Positions 63,308-64,000 of a stretch of 64,000 nt of DNA are shown here, in pieces; position 1 is the first letter of the stretch, and every line of letters begins with the position of its first letter. The position numbers and the translations under genes are program-made. Location: positions 14,632,001-14,696,000 of the forward strand of contig NC_134025.1 in NCBI RefSeq assembly GCF_964204645.1, written 5' to 3'. Origin of the DNA: Tubulanus polymorphus. Lineage: Eukaryota; Animalia; Nemertea. Below the pieces are notes generated by a model. That model worked only from the letters and a program-made list of their open reading frames with translations, had not been told where the DNA came from and did not search any database.

Positions 63308-64000
63308 TTGGGGTCAATTTGGAATTGCATTGGTATGCACCGGACACCTGCCAATGGTACTCCGCTGCGTTCTGCTTGCTACCCAGTTGCCCTACCTGTT
63401 CGGACACCTAACAGTACCCTGTTGCGTTTTTCCTTCGCAACCAGCCTTACCCTGCTCATCTGCGAATGTTTTGTCCGCCGAGTGTTTTTGCTTTTTATCT
63501 TTTCAGGTTACCTAACCGGATATCCCCACATGGAGGGCTCCACACGCTCAAGTTAGGAAGTTACCGGACAGGGACCATCAAAACCGAAGTTGTTCAAGCG
63601 TTGCGATTGTAAATACCTGTAGATAGCTGGAGTAACGTGTAAATAGTGTGTAGTGGTTCGCAAAGATGGCCAACGCAGATTACAATACCTCTCGTGGTTG
63701 CATCCGTGGGAACACCTTTTAATGGTTGCCCGGGCTTTATCCGTTTGTCTCGCGTTTGTAACGACCCTGGTGAATTTTCGATAAGGATCAAGTAGGTGGT
63801 ACGTCGGTGGCCACGTTGAGAGGTCATCATTTACTACGGCAATGGAGGAACGGCATCCATTGCGAACAATTAAGCAGATCGTTTAAATTTATAAAACATA
63901 TTTTCCAGGAGTCGAGCCGCGGCCTCGACTCATTTTAGGGAGGGGGTGGTGTGGCGGACTAGGCTTAACCGAGTCTGTATCCCTTGTTAAGTTTAGTCCG

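Larger units (their letters stand above)
59570..64000 (+). mobile_element. Degenerate, 5'-truncated Ty3/Gypsy retrotransposon; PPT at ~63937-63949 and probable 3' LTR from 63950 to the window edge
   Basis: pol remnants, then an extra ORF region, hairpin GAGTCGAG..CTCGACTC, AGGGAGGGGG and TGTGGCGG. Confidence 0.8.

Overview
Repeat-dense animal genomic DNA; a marine invertebrate (possibly lophotrochozoan) is inferred from the repeat types. Bases 1-16.9 kb are a decaying endogenous Polinton/Maverick (adintovirus-like) element. It encodes a protein-primed PolB with a LAGLIDADG-containing intein in catalytic motif C, a zinc-finger protein, minor and major capsid proteins, several membrane proteins, an rve integrase-chromodomain and a packaging ATPase. 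Most genes carry single stops or frameshifts, and almost all plus-strand genes start with a shared T-tract/ATAAATG motif. Bases 16.9-47.5 kb are a nest of two non-autonomous Helentron-like families (one carrying a 31-bp satellite and a captured LINE RT fragment), a MITE family, a young intact BEL/Pao LTR retrotransposon (tRNA-His PBS) and a second small Polinton-like fragment. Bases 48-49.9 kb hold 3' exons of an unidentified host membrane-protein gene. Next is a TIR element with TTAGGG repeats, interrupted by a second BEL/Pao element with no tRNA PBS (possible self-priming). The window ends in a degenerate Ty3/Gypsy element with an extra SGNH-hydrolase-like ORF. Coordinates were read by eye and repeat boundaries are approximate; no database searches were run.
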